From: a virus
Direction: 5' to 3' (one strand)
IMG/VR virus record: IMGVR_UViG_3300049846_002429
Coordinates: 3,160-67,159 of that record
Length of the DNA stretch: 64,000 nucleotides
A program made the position numbers and the translations under genes. Within the stretch, counting starts at the first letter, position 1, and every line of letters begins with the position of its first letter. Positions 45,660 through 55,128 of this stretch are shown one piece after another. Below the pieces are notes generated by a model. The model made no database searches. It worked only from the letters and a program-made list of their open reading frames with translations, and was not told where the DNA came from.

Positions 45660-46252
45660 AAGAAAAACTTCCACAATATACAGAATTCGAGTCTAAATAT
45701 AGAGTCGAAGGCGACCAGATTTATGCTTTCAAGCAGATCGTAGAAGGCCTTAACGAACCATACGATTTCCTATATGTTCAAGGACCTGATTATTATTTTG
45801 TCCGAGATGATGAGCGCTTTGCTAGATATCGCAAGGCCGAAAATGACAAGTCTGGCAGAGCTGAGGTAACTTTTAAGCTCAAGCCTATTGGTGCTAAAAA
45901 CAACATTCAGCGCAGAGAGTATAATTGGCGAGTAGATAAAACTCCATATACCGAGATTGCCGAAGGACTTGAAGATCAGGGATATAAATTTAACTTTAAG
46001 ATATGGAAAATGTGCCACATCTATAAGTTTAAAGAGGCAACGCTGGTATTTTATACAGTTCAAGATGAAAAAAACAAACTAGATCACTTTGTCGAGATCG
46101 AGCTAGATGAAGCAAGTATTCACGATTTAACTCAAGACGAAGCTATGGAAAAGATTAGGAAATACGAAACGGTACTAGCGCCTCTTGGGATTAGCCATAG
46201 AAGTCGATTGACCAAAAGCTTGTTTGAAATGTATGTGAGGGTAAAAGCATGA
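45635..46252 (+). CDS. CYTH-like triphosphate tunnel metalloenzyme
   Basis: N-terminal EFESKY (ExExK) and VEIELDE acidic strand. Confidence 0.45.
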   Translation: METKTEEVKEKLPQYTEFESKYRVEGDQIYAFKQIVEGLNEPYDFLYVQGPDYYFVRDDERFARYRKAENDKSGRAEVTFKLKPIGAKNNIQRREYNWRVDKTPYTEIAEGLEDQGYKFNFKIWKMCHIYKFKEATLVFYTVQDEKNKLDHFVEIELDEASIHDLTQDEAMEKIRKYETVLAPLGISHRSRLTKSLFEMYVRVKA

Positions 46253-46803
46253 GCCAAACTTTAATCGGCATTATTTTGTTGGTACTTTTGTCTTTTTCTT
46301 TTTTTGTACTTTTTGTAAAGGTGCAAGGTCTTTTTATTCGTAAGCGTCCATTTAAAGTTAAAGATGGCGGCGTTTATGCTTCAGACGTTGATGATACACT
46401 GATTATGTGGCGCATTCCAGAGGGCTATACAGGTCCGTTGGTAGAAACAAATTATAATGGCTTTAAAGATAAGGGAATTCCCAACCAACACGCGATTGAT
46501 CATTTGAAGAAAATGAAGGCTCGCGCCTACTCCGTAGTTGTTTGGTCTGCCGGAGGCTCTGATTGGGCTGAGGTTGTTGTTGAGGCTTTGGGTCTAGAAG
46601 AATATGTGGATGTTACTATGCCAAAGATCGATTTTCATCTTGATGACGTTCCAGATGCAACAGATAAAATTGGCAAGTGGCAATATATTAATTTAGATGG
46701 CACTGTTTATAGTAAAGATAAAGAAGGTAATGTTCACGCTAGAAAACATGGTATTATACAACCATACGGAGGATTAAATGGACAAAAAAAATCTGATAGG
46801 TAA
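46249..46803 (+). CDS. HAD-superfamily phosphatase with N-terminal TM anchor
   Basis: DVDDTL, VVWSAGG, HLDD. Confidence 0.5.
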   Translation: MSQTLIGIILLVLLSFSFFVLFVKVQGLFIRKRPFKVKDGGVYASDVDDTLIMWRIPEGYTGPLVETNYNGFKDKGIPNQHAIDHLKKMKARAYSVVVWSAGGSDWAEVVVEALGLEEYVDVTMPKIDFHLDDVPDATDKIGKWQYINLDGTVYSKDKEGNVHARKHGIIQPYGGLNGQKKSDR

Positions 46804-47062
46804 AATAGCGGTTCAGGTTGGTCCTAATAATTCTCTAAGTATTGGGAATTTATACGTTGTTAGACCATATGTTTACGAAGAACTTGACATTGAAAATGGA
46901 ATAGATCGTCCAGTGGTAGATCTACTTAATATCGAAGAAAATTTAATTGAAACGGCTTACTTATCTCAATTCAATCACAATGGAAATGACTGGAGATATA
47001 GAGTTCTTTCAGAAACAGAAATTAATAATTTAAAATTATATCTAAAAGGAGAGTATAAATGA
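46778..47062 (+). CDS. hypothetical protein
   Basis: RBS GGAGG. Confidence 0.45.
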   Translation: MDKKNLIGKIAVQVGPNNSLSIGNLYVVRPYVYEELDIENGIDRPVVDLLNIEENLIETAYLSQFNHNGNDWRYRVLSETEINNLKLYLKGEYK

Positions 47063-47724
47063 AAAAAAGTCTAAAAATTGAAGTCGAAGGTACAGACGGT
47101 GCTGGTAAGACTACGGCCCTTAAATACATGATTGAAGAACTGCAAAAACGCGGTTCTAAAGTTTTGGAAACTCGTGAGGTTGGCTCACCACTTATTCCTA
47201 TTAATGTGAAGTTGCGAGAGATGGTTTTGTCTCCAGAGTCTAATTTGAGCGGAGAAGCCATGGAACTTATTTTTTCAGCCATGCGTTTTGAAAATGATCG
47301 TTTCTATAAGTCTGTAGAAAATGAATATGACTTTATTGTTTCTGATCGCGGTTGGTTTTCACATCTTGCCTATACAGATCACAATGTTAGCGTAGGCTTT
47401 ACAGAAGATCTTTATTTGAACTTTTTACAGCGTTATACAAACTTGCCAGATGTGGTGGTTTATTTCTCAGTCAACACAGAAACTGCACTAAAGCGACGAG
47501 TTAAGCGCGGTGGAGCTGTGGATGTTATTGAAGCTAAGGGCGTTGGATATCAAGAGCTAGTTCGTGAATCATTTGAAAAACGTCTAGATATAAACAAGCC
47601 TGTTAAAACCAAGATCTTCCGAGTGGACGCAAATGACACAGTAGAGGGAGTTCGGTCTCAAATTGATACAATCGTCAATTTATTGACCTTAGATAGCGAT
47701 GTCAAAATCCAAAAAAGTTTATAA
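47059..47724 (+). CDS. tmk: thymidylate kinase
   Basis: EGTDGAGKTT P-loop and DRGWFSHLAY. Confidence 0.8.
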   Translation: MKKSLKIEVEGTDGAGKTTALKYMIEELQKRGSKVLETREVGSPLIPINVKLREMVLSPESNLSGEAMELIFSAMRFENDRFYKSVENEYDFIVSDRGWFSHLAYTDHNVSVGFTEDLYLNFLQRYTNLPDVVVYFSVNTETALKRRVKRGGAVDVIEAKGVGYQELVRESFEKRLDINKPVKTKIFRVDANDTVEGVRSQIDTIVNLLTLDSDVKIQKSL

Positions 47725-47732
47725 AAAATACT

Positions 47733-47760
47733 TGTCAGGAGATGACATTTACGCTATAAT
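47733..47760 (+). promoter_or_regulatory. canonical sigma-70-type promoter TTGTCA-16-TATAAT
   Basis: Read from sequence. Confidence 0.4.
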
Positions 47761-47779
47761 GAATCAAATGGAGGTTTTT

Positions 47780-48073
47780 ATGGCAAAAAGTGCGGAAGAG
47801 TTAGCAGATTTGATTGCGGAGAAAAAGGCTAGAACTGAATTGAGAGCCTACGATGCTCTTAAGGCGAAGGTTGTGGCTGCAACATCTAAGATGTTGACTG
47901 AAATGAGTTATAGCGAAGAGATCGAATTGGAAGACGATGACCTTTTGGCATTGGCTCCGGTTACAGAGGCGCTTAGAGATCTTGGGTATAAGTTTCGCTT
48001 TATTGAGATTCAAAACAATTCCGGCGAAACTTTACAACACAAGCTTCTGGTATCTGTTGAACATTTGAAATGA
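47780..48073 (+). CDS. hypothetical protein
   Basis: GGAGG 6 nt before internal ATG. Confidence 0.45.
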   Translation: MAKSAEELADLIAEKKARTELRAYDALKAKVVAATSKMLTEMSYSEEIELEDDDLLALAPVTEALRDLGYKFRFIEIQNNSGETLQHKLLVSVEHLK

Positions 48074-48222
48074 TTAAGAAGAATGGCAAAGTCTATTGTG
48101 ATGTCTGCAATAAGAGCATTCGTAATTGCATTTATTATCGCATTATTGCTAGTGCATTTTACCATTTTTGTGATGCAGGATGCTCTACGAAGTGGCATGA
48201 GAAAAATAAGGAAAAGGTATGA
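48070..48222 (+). CDS. small zinc-finger protein (~50 aa, not in ORF track)
   Basis: CDVC...CDAGC; ATGA coupling at both ends. Confidence 0.3.
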   Translation: MIKKNGKVYCDVCNKSIRNCIYYRIIASAFYHFCDAGCSTKWHEKNKEKV

Positions 48223-48488
48223 AAAAATGTAAGTGCGGTGAGCCAGTAGAGGCAGATAGATATGATTTCTGCTACGATTGCTGGTGGGCACAAGATCCTC
48301 GCAATAAAAACCAAAATCAATACAGGTGTGGTAATTGCGGAGAGACAAAGCACGAGCTTTTTAGTAACAAAGACAAGATCATCGTTTCTTGCATTGGTTG
48401 TGAGAACAAATCGGCTATTTCTGTTACACAGCCAAGATTGTCGATAGACTGGGTAGGAAGAAATAAAGGTATTTTAGCTATTTTTTAA
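48219..48488 (+). CDS. zinc-ribbon protein
   Basis: CKCG...CYDC...CGNCG...CIGC. Confidence 0.45.
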   Translation: MKKCKCGEPVEADRYDFCYDCWWAQDPRNKNQNQYRCGNCGETKHELFSNKDKIIVSCIGCENKSAISVTQPRLSIDWVGRNKGILAIF

Positions 48489-48497
48489 GGAGCTTTT

Positions 48498-48881
48498 ATG
48501 AAGCCAAGTGATTTTGTTAAAGCATGTGTGATGCGCGAGGCAAAAGATATTCAACCAATTAAGGACCGACTTCAGTCCACTGAAAATGTCCGTCTTCTTC
48601 ATGCCATGATTGGTATGGTTACGGAAGCTGGCGAGATTCAAGATCAGATGAAAAAGGCTATTTTCTACGGAAAACAGATTGATAAAGTCAATTTGGTCGA
48701 AGAATTGGGCGATGTAATGTGGTATGTGGCTATTGCTGCCGACACTCTAGGGGTGTCCTTAGAAGAGATTATGGAGCGCAATAACGCCAAGCTAGAGGCT
48801 CGATATGGCAAGGTTTTTACTGAAACAGCAGCCCTAAATCGTGATCTAGACAAAGAGCGTGAGATCTTAGAGAAAAAATAG
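48498..48881 (+). CDS. mazG: MazG-like nucleoside triphosphate pyrophosphohydrolase
   Basis: EAGEIQD and EELGDVMWY. Confidence 0.7.
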   Translation: MKPSDFVKACVMREAKDIQPIKDRLQSTENVRLLHAMIGMVTEAGEIQDQMKKAIFYGKQIDKVNLVEELGDVMWYVAIAADTLGVSLEEIMERNNAKLEARYGKVFTETAALNRDLDKEREILEKK

Positions 48882-48951
48882 CAATCTTTAAGATATCAAT
48901 GTGTAATATTTCATATTGTAATATGGAATAAATCAGTAAAAACAAGGGTTT

Positions 48952-50325
48952 ATGGCACTAAGTCAAGAAGATCGCTTAGCTATTTCAAAGAAAATCGTTG
49001 CAATCCCATTGCAAAATGCGGCTTCGGATACTATTACAGCTCAGATAGAAACTGAAAAGCAAAAAGCCCAAAAAGAAGACGATGCCAACAAGAAGCTTTT
49101 GGACGATGTTAATGTCTATGTTCATGGCTATCAGTACGAGCTTGAGCGATATGATGGTAATGGTCGAAATCAGCTTTTAGAGCAAGATTTGGTAGACGCT
49201 GCCAATCGCAAGCTAAGAAATTTCTTTTTTCCTAACGACCCACAAACACCACTCCCATCGCTGCCCGATGGCGTGTGGAAAAACTTCATTCCTTTTAGTG
49301 GAAGCAAGGCGCTTGGAAAGCTTTACGCAGAAACATATACACCAATCACTAAAGAACAAGATCTAATTAACGATATCAATGCAAAGATAGCAGTTGTAGA
49401 ATCTTTTTCTAACATAACCAGAAGCACAGGACAGTCTTGTAATGCTACTGGCACATGCTCCCTTCCTTCCTATACAACTCAGCCTACGTGCGTTGGCAAT
49501 GGCGGTATGTGGACTGCAGGACCTGATTTTATCGGCAACGATGCTGCAATGCAAACTGCTGCGACAAATCTTATAAATGCTATTCAAACATGGGAAAATT
49601 TCATAAATGGAACTTTTTCTGTGGTTGTAACCACGGATACAGAACCTACTAGATCAGCTCAAAATATAGCTTCTAAAGCCGATATTACAAATTCTATTTC
49701 TATTATTAATACTTGGCAAGCTCTTCCGAGCTTTGACACAACCCACGGCCAAACTACGTGCGCTGGATTTAACTCTTATAACGTAGCTTTGCTAGACCCT
49801 ACTAAATTTAGAGCCGCAGAACTTTTGCCTGTTAAGAATGAGATAACGGCAAGACAGGCTTTTATTACGACTAGAATGTCAGAATTAAATACCAATTTAG
49901 GCTCTATCGTTCAAGACATGTCAAATGGAGATCTTACAACTGCGACTGGATTTTATGGTCAGAGAATAAGGATTATAGACACCAGACTTAATGCTATGGG
50001 AGGCTCTCTTACCAAGCTTAAGGGATTAGAGCGTGGGCAGGCAGCACAAGAACAGGCTAAAAAAGCAAATGATAATGCGGCTCTTGTTTATACTTCTGTT
50101 ATTCGTGCAACGGCATTTAGGGCACCTGCAACAGGAAGTCCTGTTGTTCATGTGCTAGATAGCACTGGGTTTTCTCCTGGAAATGCGGTGTATATAGCCG
50201 CTGAAAATCAAGAAGAGATTTCAACCACGATTGTTAGTATATCTGGCAATTCGATTACATTGGCAGACGCCATTCCGCAAAAGTATAGGCAGAACGAATT
50301 TGCTAGGCTTTATAAGGTTCTTTAA
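48952..50325 (+). CDS. hypothetical protein (possibly virion or tail associated)
   Basis: 457 aa, T/S/N-rich. Confidence 0.45.
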   Translation: MALSQEDRLAISKKIVAIPLQNAASDTITAQIETEKQKAQKEDDANKKLLDDVNVYVHGYQYELERYDGNGRNQLLEQDLVDAANRKLRNFFFPNDPQTPLPSLPDGVWKNFIPFSGSKALGKLYAETYTPITKEQDLINDINAKIAVVESFSNITRSTGQSCNATGTCSLPSYTTQPTCVGNGGMWTAGPDFIGNDAAMQTAATNLINAIQTWENFINGTFSVVVTTDTEPTRSAQNIASKADITNSISIINTWQALPSFDTTHGQTTCAGFNSYNVALLDPTKFRAAELLPVKNEITARQAFITTRMSELNTNLGSIVQDMSNGDLTTATGFYGQRIRIIDTRLNAMGGSLTKLKGLERGQAAQEQAKKANDNAALVYTSVIRATAFRAPATGSPVVHVLDSTGFSPGNAVYIAAENQEEISTTIVSISGNSITLADAIPQKYRQNEFARLYKVL

Positions 50326-50600
50326 ACTTCGCTTTTAGATACCGCAGCAATTTTGTTTGCGTAGATCATTACAAGATCTTCAACTAAATCGTATTCTTTT
50401 TTGTAATCTGCTGAATTAGGAAACAATCCGGCGCGTTCTTTTTCTGCTATTTTTTTCTGAGCAACTGCAAAGTATTTTCTATAGATCGAATCAAGATAGA
50501 GATGTACTGACTTGTGTAACTGCTCATCGCTCAGCTCACTATATCCATTAGCATCTTTGAATTTTTCCACAACTAGTGCAGCTAGAGCATTCAGGTCCAC
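50322..50600 (-). CDS. hypothetical protein
   Basis: 92-aa ORF, convergent. Confidence 0.45.
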   Translation of the reverse strand: MDLNALAALVVEKFKDANGYSELSDEQLHKSVHLYLDSIYRKYFAVAQKKIAEKERAGLFPNSADYKKEYDLVEDLVMIYANKIAAVSKSEV

Positions 50601-50751
50601 AAATTACTCTATTTAAACTTTTTAAGCATGGTTAGGCCGCATTTACGGCACGTTACGTATTTTCCTTCATCTACAAAATAATGACCGGATATGCAAGTTT
50701 CACTTATCAATACCAGTCCAATTAATAAAAACATAAAAACCATCCAAATCA

Positions 50752-51984
50752 TTATAGCAATTCTGACGCAAGTTCTGCAAGTTCAGATCTTTCACACTTA
50801 CTAAAGTGAATGTGGGCCGCAATTTCCTTGTCTTTAAATTTATCAATAACGTAAGACAGGCCATTACTCATCGAGTCAACCTTTGGATTGTCGATCTGAT
50901 AAATATCTCCTGTGAGGATAATTTTAGTTCCTTCGCCAGCTCTTGAAATAATAGTCTTTACTTCGTGTCTTGTTAGATTCTGTGCCTCGTCGATAATAAT
51001 GAATTCATTTGGAATACTTCTTCCTCTGATGTAGGCAAGCGCTTCCATTTTAAGCAATCCTTCATTAACCAGTTCTTCCCATGCGTTTCTTGATTTTTTA
51101 CCCTGATTGTCAAAAAGGAATTCAATATTATCCATGATCGGCTGCATCCATGGTGCAAGTTTTTCATTTAGATCGCCTGGAAGATATCCAAGATCTTGAC
51201 CCATAGGAATGACAGGTCTTGCCACGATCATTTTTTTATGACTTCCCTTATTGATTATTGCCTCTAGTCCAGCAACAATTGACAGTAAGGTTTTACCTGT
51301 ACCTGCCTTACCAGTGAGGGTTACTAGTTTAATATTGTCATCGAGAAGAGCATCGAGAGCACATCTTTGCTCCACGTTTTTATGAGAAATACCCCAAAGA
51401 GTAAAATCTCTCCCCAGTTTGTGAAGGCCGCTCTTGGTGCTTTTGTAAATACCATCGTGGCAAACCAGATATTGGTTTAAATTCTTGTTTTTATATTTAC
51501 CAAAGATCTCTTTTGCGGCTTCGGCGGCTTGGCCTGTTAGAACGCCCTTGTAAAGAACGTCTGCGCTGGCCTCGGTCATTTCATACCGCTCAACTTTGAT
51601 GTTTCTGGCCCTTGCTAAGACTCCCATGAGGATGTCGTTGGTTACCATGGTAACATCATACATTTCAGATAGGTGTTGGGCCGATGCGATGATTTTTTCA
51701 TCTGCAGTGCCTTCGTAGCGTTCACTGCTATGAAACCAGATCTTATCTTGATTTCGTTCTATATATCTAGCGAATTCTCTTACACTTCTGGCCTTTTCTG
51801 AATGACCATGCTTGTGTTTGTCGAGTTCTGAAAGAACTGTAGTGGGTACGTAAATACGACCATTTAGCTTTTTAACGATATTCGGGTCATTTATAATGAC
51901 GTTTGTATCGACTACGTAAACCCTTTCTTTTCTAGGAGATTTTGGAACCCTTGACGACCTTGAATGTTTTTCGCCTTTTTGCAT
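50752..51984 (-). CDS. phoH: PhoH-like ATPase with N-terminal PIN domain
   Basis: YVVDTNVIINDP (PIN) and LTGKAGTGKTLLS Walker A. Confidence 0.8.
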   Translation of the reverse strand: MQKGEKHSRSSRVPKSPRKERVYVVDTNVIINDPNIVKKLNGRIYVPTTVLSELDKHKHGHSEKARSVREFARYIERNQDKIWFHSSERYEGTADEKIIASAQHLSEMYDVTMVTNDILMGVLARARNIKVERYEMTEASADVLYKGVLTGQAAEAAKEIFGKYKNKNLNQYLVCHDGIYKSTKSGLHKLGRDFTLWGISHKNVEQRCALDALLDDNIKLVTLTGKAGTGKTLLSIVAGLEAIINKGSHKKMIVARPVIPMGQDLGYLPGDLNEKLAPWMQPIMDNIEFLFDNQGKKSRNAWEELVNEGLLKMEALAYIRGRSIPNEFIIIDEAQNLTRHEVKTIISRAGEGTKIILTGDIYQIDNPKVDSMSNGLSYVIDKFKDKEIAAHIHFSKCERSELAELASELL

Positions 51985-52038
51985 CTATTCTGTTATTCCT
52001 TACTTGTCGATATGTTGACTTGATTGGGTGTATGAACA

Positions 52039-52047
52039 ATAATACCA
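52039..52047 (-). promoter_or_regulatory. extended -10 promoter (minus strand TGGTATTAT) upstream of phoH
   Basis: Reverse complement of ATAATACCA. Confidence 0.45.
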
Positions 52048-52079
52048 CAGGAAGCATTACAAAGAACATAAATAGGGCA

Positions 52080-52268
52080 CTATTCACTTAGTCCCTCATC
52101 TACTGCCTTTTTGTTATTCTTCCTATTATAATCTTTTATGGACTTAAAAGCACTGCCAACAGGCGGTAATTTGACTCGAATTTTGATATTCTTCAACGAT
52201 TCCATAAGCTTAGCTATGGTTTTACGGTTTTTCTTCGCTTTTCTTCGTCTTTTCGCCATCTTCGACAT
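52080..52268 (-). CDS. small highly basic protein
   Basis: MSKMAKRRRKAKKNRK... Confidence 0.4.
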   Translation of the reverse strand: MSKMAKRRRKAKKNRKTIAKLMESLKNIKIRVKLPPVGSAFKSIKDYNRKNNKKAVDEGLSE

Positions 52269-52270
52269 GT

Positions 52271-52298
52271 TTTGCCTCTCAATTAAAGATTGCTATAA
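52271..52298 (+). promoter_or_regulatory. sigma-70-like promoter TTGCCT-16-TATAAT
   Basis: Upstream of structural operon. Confidence 0.35.
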
Positions 52299-52370
52299 TT
52301 ACAATCTTATGGGATATACCATCATTAAATTGTATATGAATTTGTTCAAAAATCAAGGATTTATCGACTA

Positions 52371-55070
52371 ATGGCCAGTTTATTTTCAGATATTAGCAAT
52401 TTTGTCAATAACCAGCTAGGTTTAAGCACCTCAACTGGTTTTGGTCAAACTACTGTTGATCAGCCTGGACTGGTACCTTGGCGCGGTGATGAAAGTATCT
52501 ATAACGAGGAGGCTTTTTGGAAGCCCATGAGTATAGATGGGAAGAGATGGAATAAGCTCTACCCATATAGACTGCTTGTTGTGGACGTTTCTAAGCCTGG
52601 AAAACCACGAATTGTTTCTTCATCTAGTGATTTTTCTGCAAGAAGTACAACGACCATATTGACGCCTGAAAGAGGCAGTACAGGTCTTGAATATGTCATT
52701 AGTCAGCAGGTTTTGACAGGTTCTTGGGAAATCACCCTTCCAATTACTCCACAACAATTAAAAATCACAGATCAATTTGCCATTAATACCTCGGCTACTA
52801 TGAGAGGTATTGTTGAAGAGCACAATGGTGTAAAATTTAAAACCATTACAGCATCTGGAACGACTGGTATTTGGCCTCTAAAGCCTACTCAGGGTGGAAA
52901 AATTGCAAGTCCAACCTCTCTTGGTTCTATAGCCGGAGGAACACTTGAGGCTTTTTCTGGACTTGCACAGAGCGTGGGTAATGTGGCGAGCATGGCTACT
53001 TCTGGACATCCAAATAGAACGTCTAGTGCAACCAAGCCTGAAGATTCTGCTCAAGGCGAATTTGCAACTGGATATTATCAAGCTTTATATTTAGGTCAGT
53101 TTTTTGAGCGATACGCACAAGCAAAAAAGAATCCTAAAAACAAAGGTTGGCGCTTGGTATTTGACATGCCAAAGCAAAACCAATCTTTTATTGTTACTCC
53201 TGTAGCTTTTGAGTCTGCTCAATCTGAGCAAAAACCAAATCAGTATATGTTTTCTTTTCAGCTTAAAGCTTGGAAAAGAATCAACTTACAAGACGATTCA
53301 AAGGCTATTGGCGGTGAAATTCCTTCGCTTGATGCAAACTTATTTCAGCGCATTGTAAGAACTATTGCAGCTACAAGAAAAGCTCTTGGCAATGCAAAGA
53401 ACTTGGTTAAAGCCGTAAGAAGTGATGCTCAGCAAGTTTTTAACGTCCTAAGACAAACGTCTTTGGCTGTTAAGGATACTGCAGGACTTGCCGTTGCTGT
53501 TGGAGATTTGCCTAAACAAGTGGTTCAAGATCTTCAAAGTACGGTTCAAGAAGCTTTTATTAATATTAAAGACGTATTCCCAGTTTCTGGTTTTTCTGCC
53601 GCAGGCTCATCCAACACTGCTTTGGCTAATCCTAATTCTAATAAAGTTTCTACTTCTTCTGGAGATGCTGGAAGTATCGTTGATTATGCAAACAAGTCTC
53701 AAAAAATAAACGAGGGCTTGTCTAGCGATCAAATTGCTGCTGGAGCTTTAGGTTCTGAGGCGGCAGCTCGCCAAGATACAGACCCAATGAAAGAGGTGTT
53801 TGCAAATCCAGAAACAAACTTCGATCTTTTTGATTCTATTAATTTAGACGATGTGACGCTTACACTTCCACAGCAACTTGCAATCGAAGAAGAGCTTTTA
53901 AATGTCAGATCTTTAACGATTGATGATTTTAGAGCATTTAAACAAGCTCTTGTAAATCTTTCTCACGATATTGCGGATAATTTTGGAGCTGGCAACGAAA
54001 CCTACTCTAAAATATATGGATTTCCAGACCCTAAAACCAGAGCTATCCCAATGACCGTAGAAGAAAATGAGCTTCTGCAGTCTATTTTTGAATCTGTTCA
54101 AGCGTATGATTTACTTACATCAACAAAACAATACGACGATCTTACAATTGAAAGCGCAATGGATTTCGTTGGCGGTTTAGCAAATGAGTCTGGAATAGAC
54201 TTTGAAGATTTTTCATCTAAGCTTTTAGCTCCAGTGCCGTTTGGTGCAACTATAGAAGAGATTGCTGCAAGGTATATGGGCGATTCTTCTAAGTGGCTTG
54301 AGATTGTAACCTTAAATAAATTGCGCTCGCCATACATAGATGAAACTGGATTTACATATCCACTTCTTTCAAATGCCGAAGGTCGTCAGTTTAACGTGGA
54401 CGATACAGAAGATAATTTGTTTGTTGGACAGAAGATAACTATCGTGTCTGACACTCAACCTCCAATCATTAGGAAGATTATCAATGTTGAAAAAATCGGT
54501 GATGGAAACTATCTAGTCACTGTAGATGGCTTGGATAATCTAAGTTTGTTTGAGACCTCGGATAATGCAAGGATGCAAGGGTATTTACCTGGAACCGTAA
54601 ACAGTCAAAATCAGATATATATACCGATCAATGCGCCTTCTGACCCAGACGACCGCACTTTTAGTGTAGTAAATGTGCCGGACACTGCCCTTAACAAGCT
54701 TGCAAAGATAGACTTTCTATTGACAGACAACTTTGACGTTGCTATCAACTCTACAGGTGACTTTAGACTTGCCAGCGGTTTGACCAATCTGATTCAAGCA
54801 TTAAAGCTTAAGATCAGGACTCAAAAAGGCTCTATCTTAAGGCATTTGGACTATGGTATTGGATTGCAACATGGTATTTCTGTGGCAGATATCGAAAACG
54901 GAGCAATTATTAAGTCTTTGAACGCAATGATAGCCAGCGACAGTCGTTTTGAATCTATTGATTCTATAACCATTAGGCTGAACGGTGCTACCATGTTAAT
55001 TGATATGAGTGTAAGAATTGCTAATGGAAGCGGTATCTTACCGATTTCATTTGACATTAGGGCAGCATAA
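52371..55070 (+). CDS. large virion/baseplate protein with LysM-like segment
   Basis: 899 aa; ATIEEIAARYMGDSSKWLEIVTLNKL. Confidence 0.55.
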   Translation: MASLFSDISNFVNNQLGLSTSTGFGQTTVDQPGLVPWRGDESIYNEEAFWKPMSIDGKRWNKLYPYRLLVVDVSKPGKPRIVSSSSDFSARSTTTILTPERGSTGLEYVISQQVLTGSWEITLPITPQQLKITDQFAINTSATMRGIVEEHNGVKFKTITASGTTGIWPLKPTQGGKIASPTSLGSIAGGTLEAFSGLAQSVGNVASMATSGHPNRTSSATKPEDSAQGEFATGYYQALYLGQFFERYAQAKKNPKNKGWRLVFDMPKQNQSFIVTPVAFESAQSEQKPNQYMFSFQLKAWKRINLQDDSKAIGGEIPSLDANLFQRIVRTIAATRKALGNAKNLVKAVRSDAQQVFNVLRQTSLAVKDTAGLAVAVGDLPKQVVQDLQSTVQEAFINIKDVFPVSGFSAAGSSNTALANPNSNKVSTSSGDAGSIVDYANKSQKINEGLSSDQIAAGALGSEAAARQDTDPMKEVFANPETNFDLFDSINLDDVTLTLPQQLAIEEELLNVRSLTIDDFRAFKQALVNLSHDIADNFGAGNETYSKIYGFPDPKTRAIPMTVEENELLQSIFESVQAYDLLTSTKQYDDLTIESAMDFVGGLANESGIDFEDFSSKLLAPVPFGATIEEIAARYMGDSSKWLEIVTLNKLRSPYIDETGFTYPLLSNAEGRQFNVDDTEDNLFVGQKITIVSDTQPPIIRKIINVEKIGDGNYLVTVDGLDNLSLFETSDNARMQGYLPGTVNSQNQIYIPINAPSDPDDRTFSVVNVPDTALNKLAKIDFLLTDNFDVAINSTGDFRLASGLTNLIQALKLKIRTQKGSILRHLDYGIGLQHGISVADIENGAIIKSLNAMIASDSRFESIDSITIRLNGATMLIDMSVRIANGSGILPISFDIRAA

Positions 55071-55074
55071 TTTA

Positions 55075-55083
55075 TGGTATTAT
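55075..55083 (+). promoter_or_regulatory. extended -10 promoter TGGTATTAT
   Basis: TTATGGTATTAT. Confidence 0.4.
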
Positions 55084-55128
55084 ATGTCATTAGCAGCAAT
55101 CTTTATAGGGAAGCATTAGGAGATAAAA

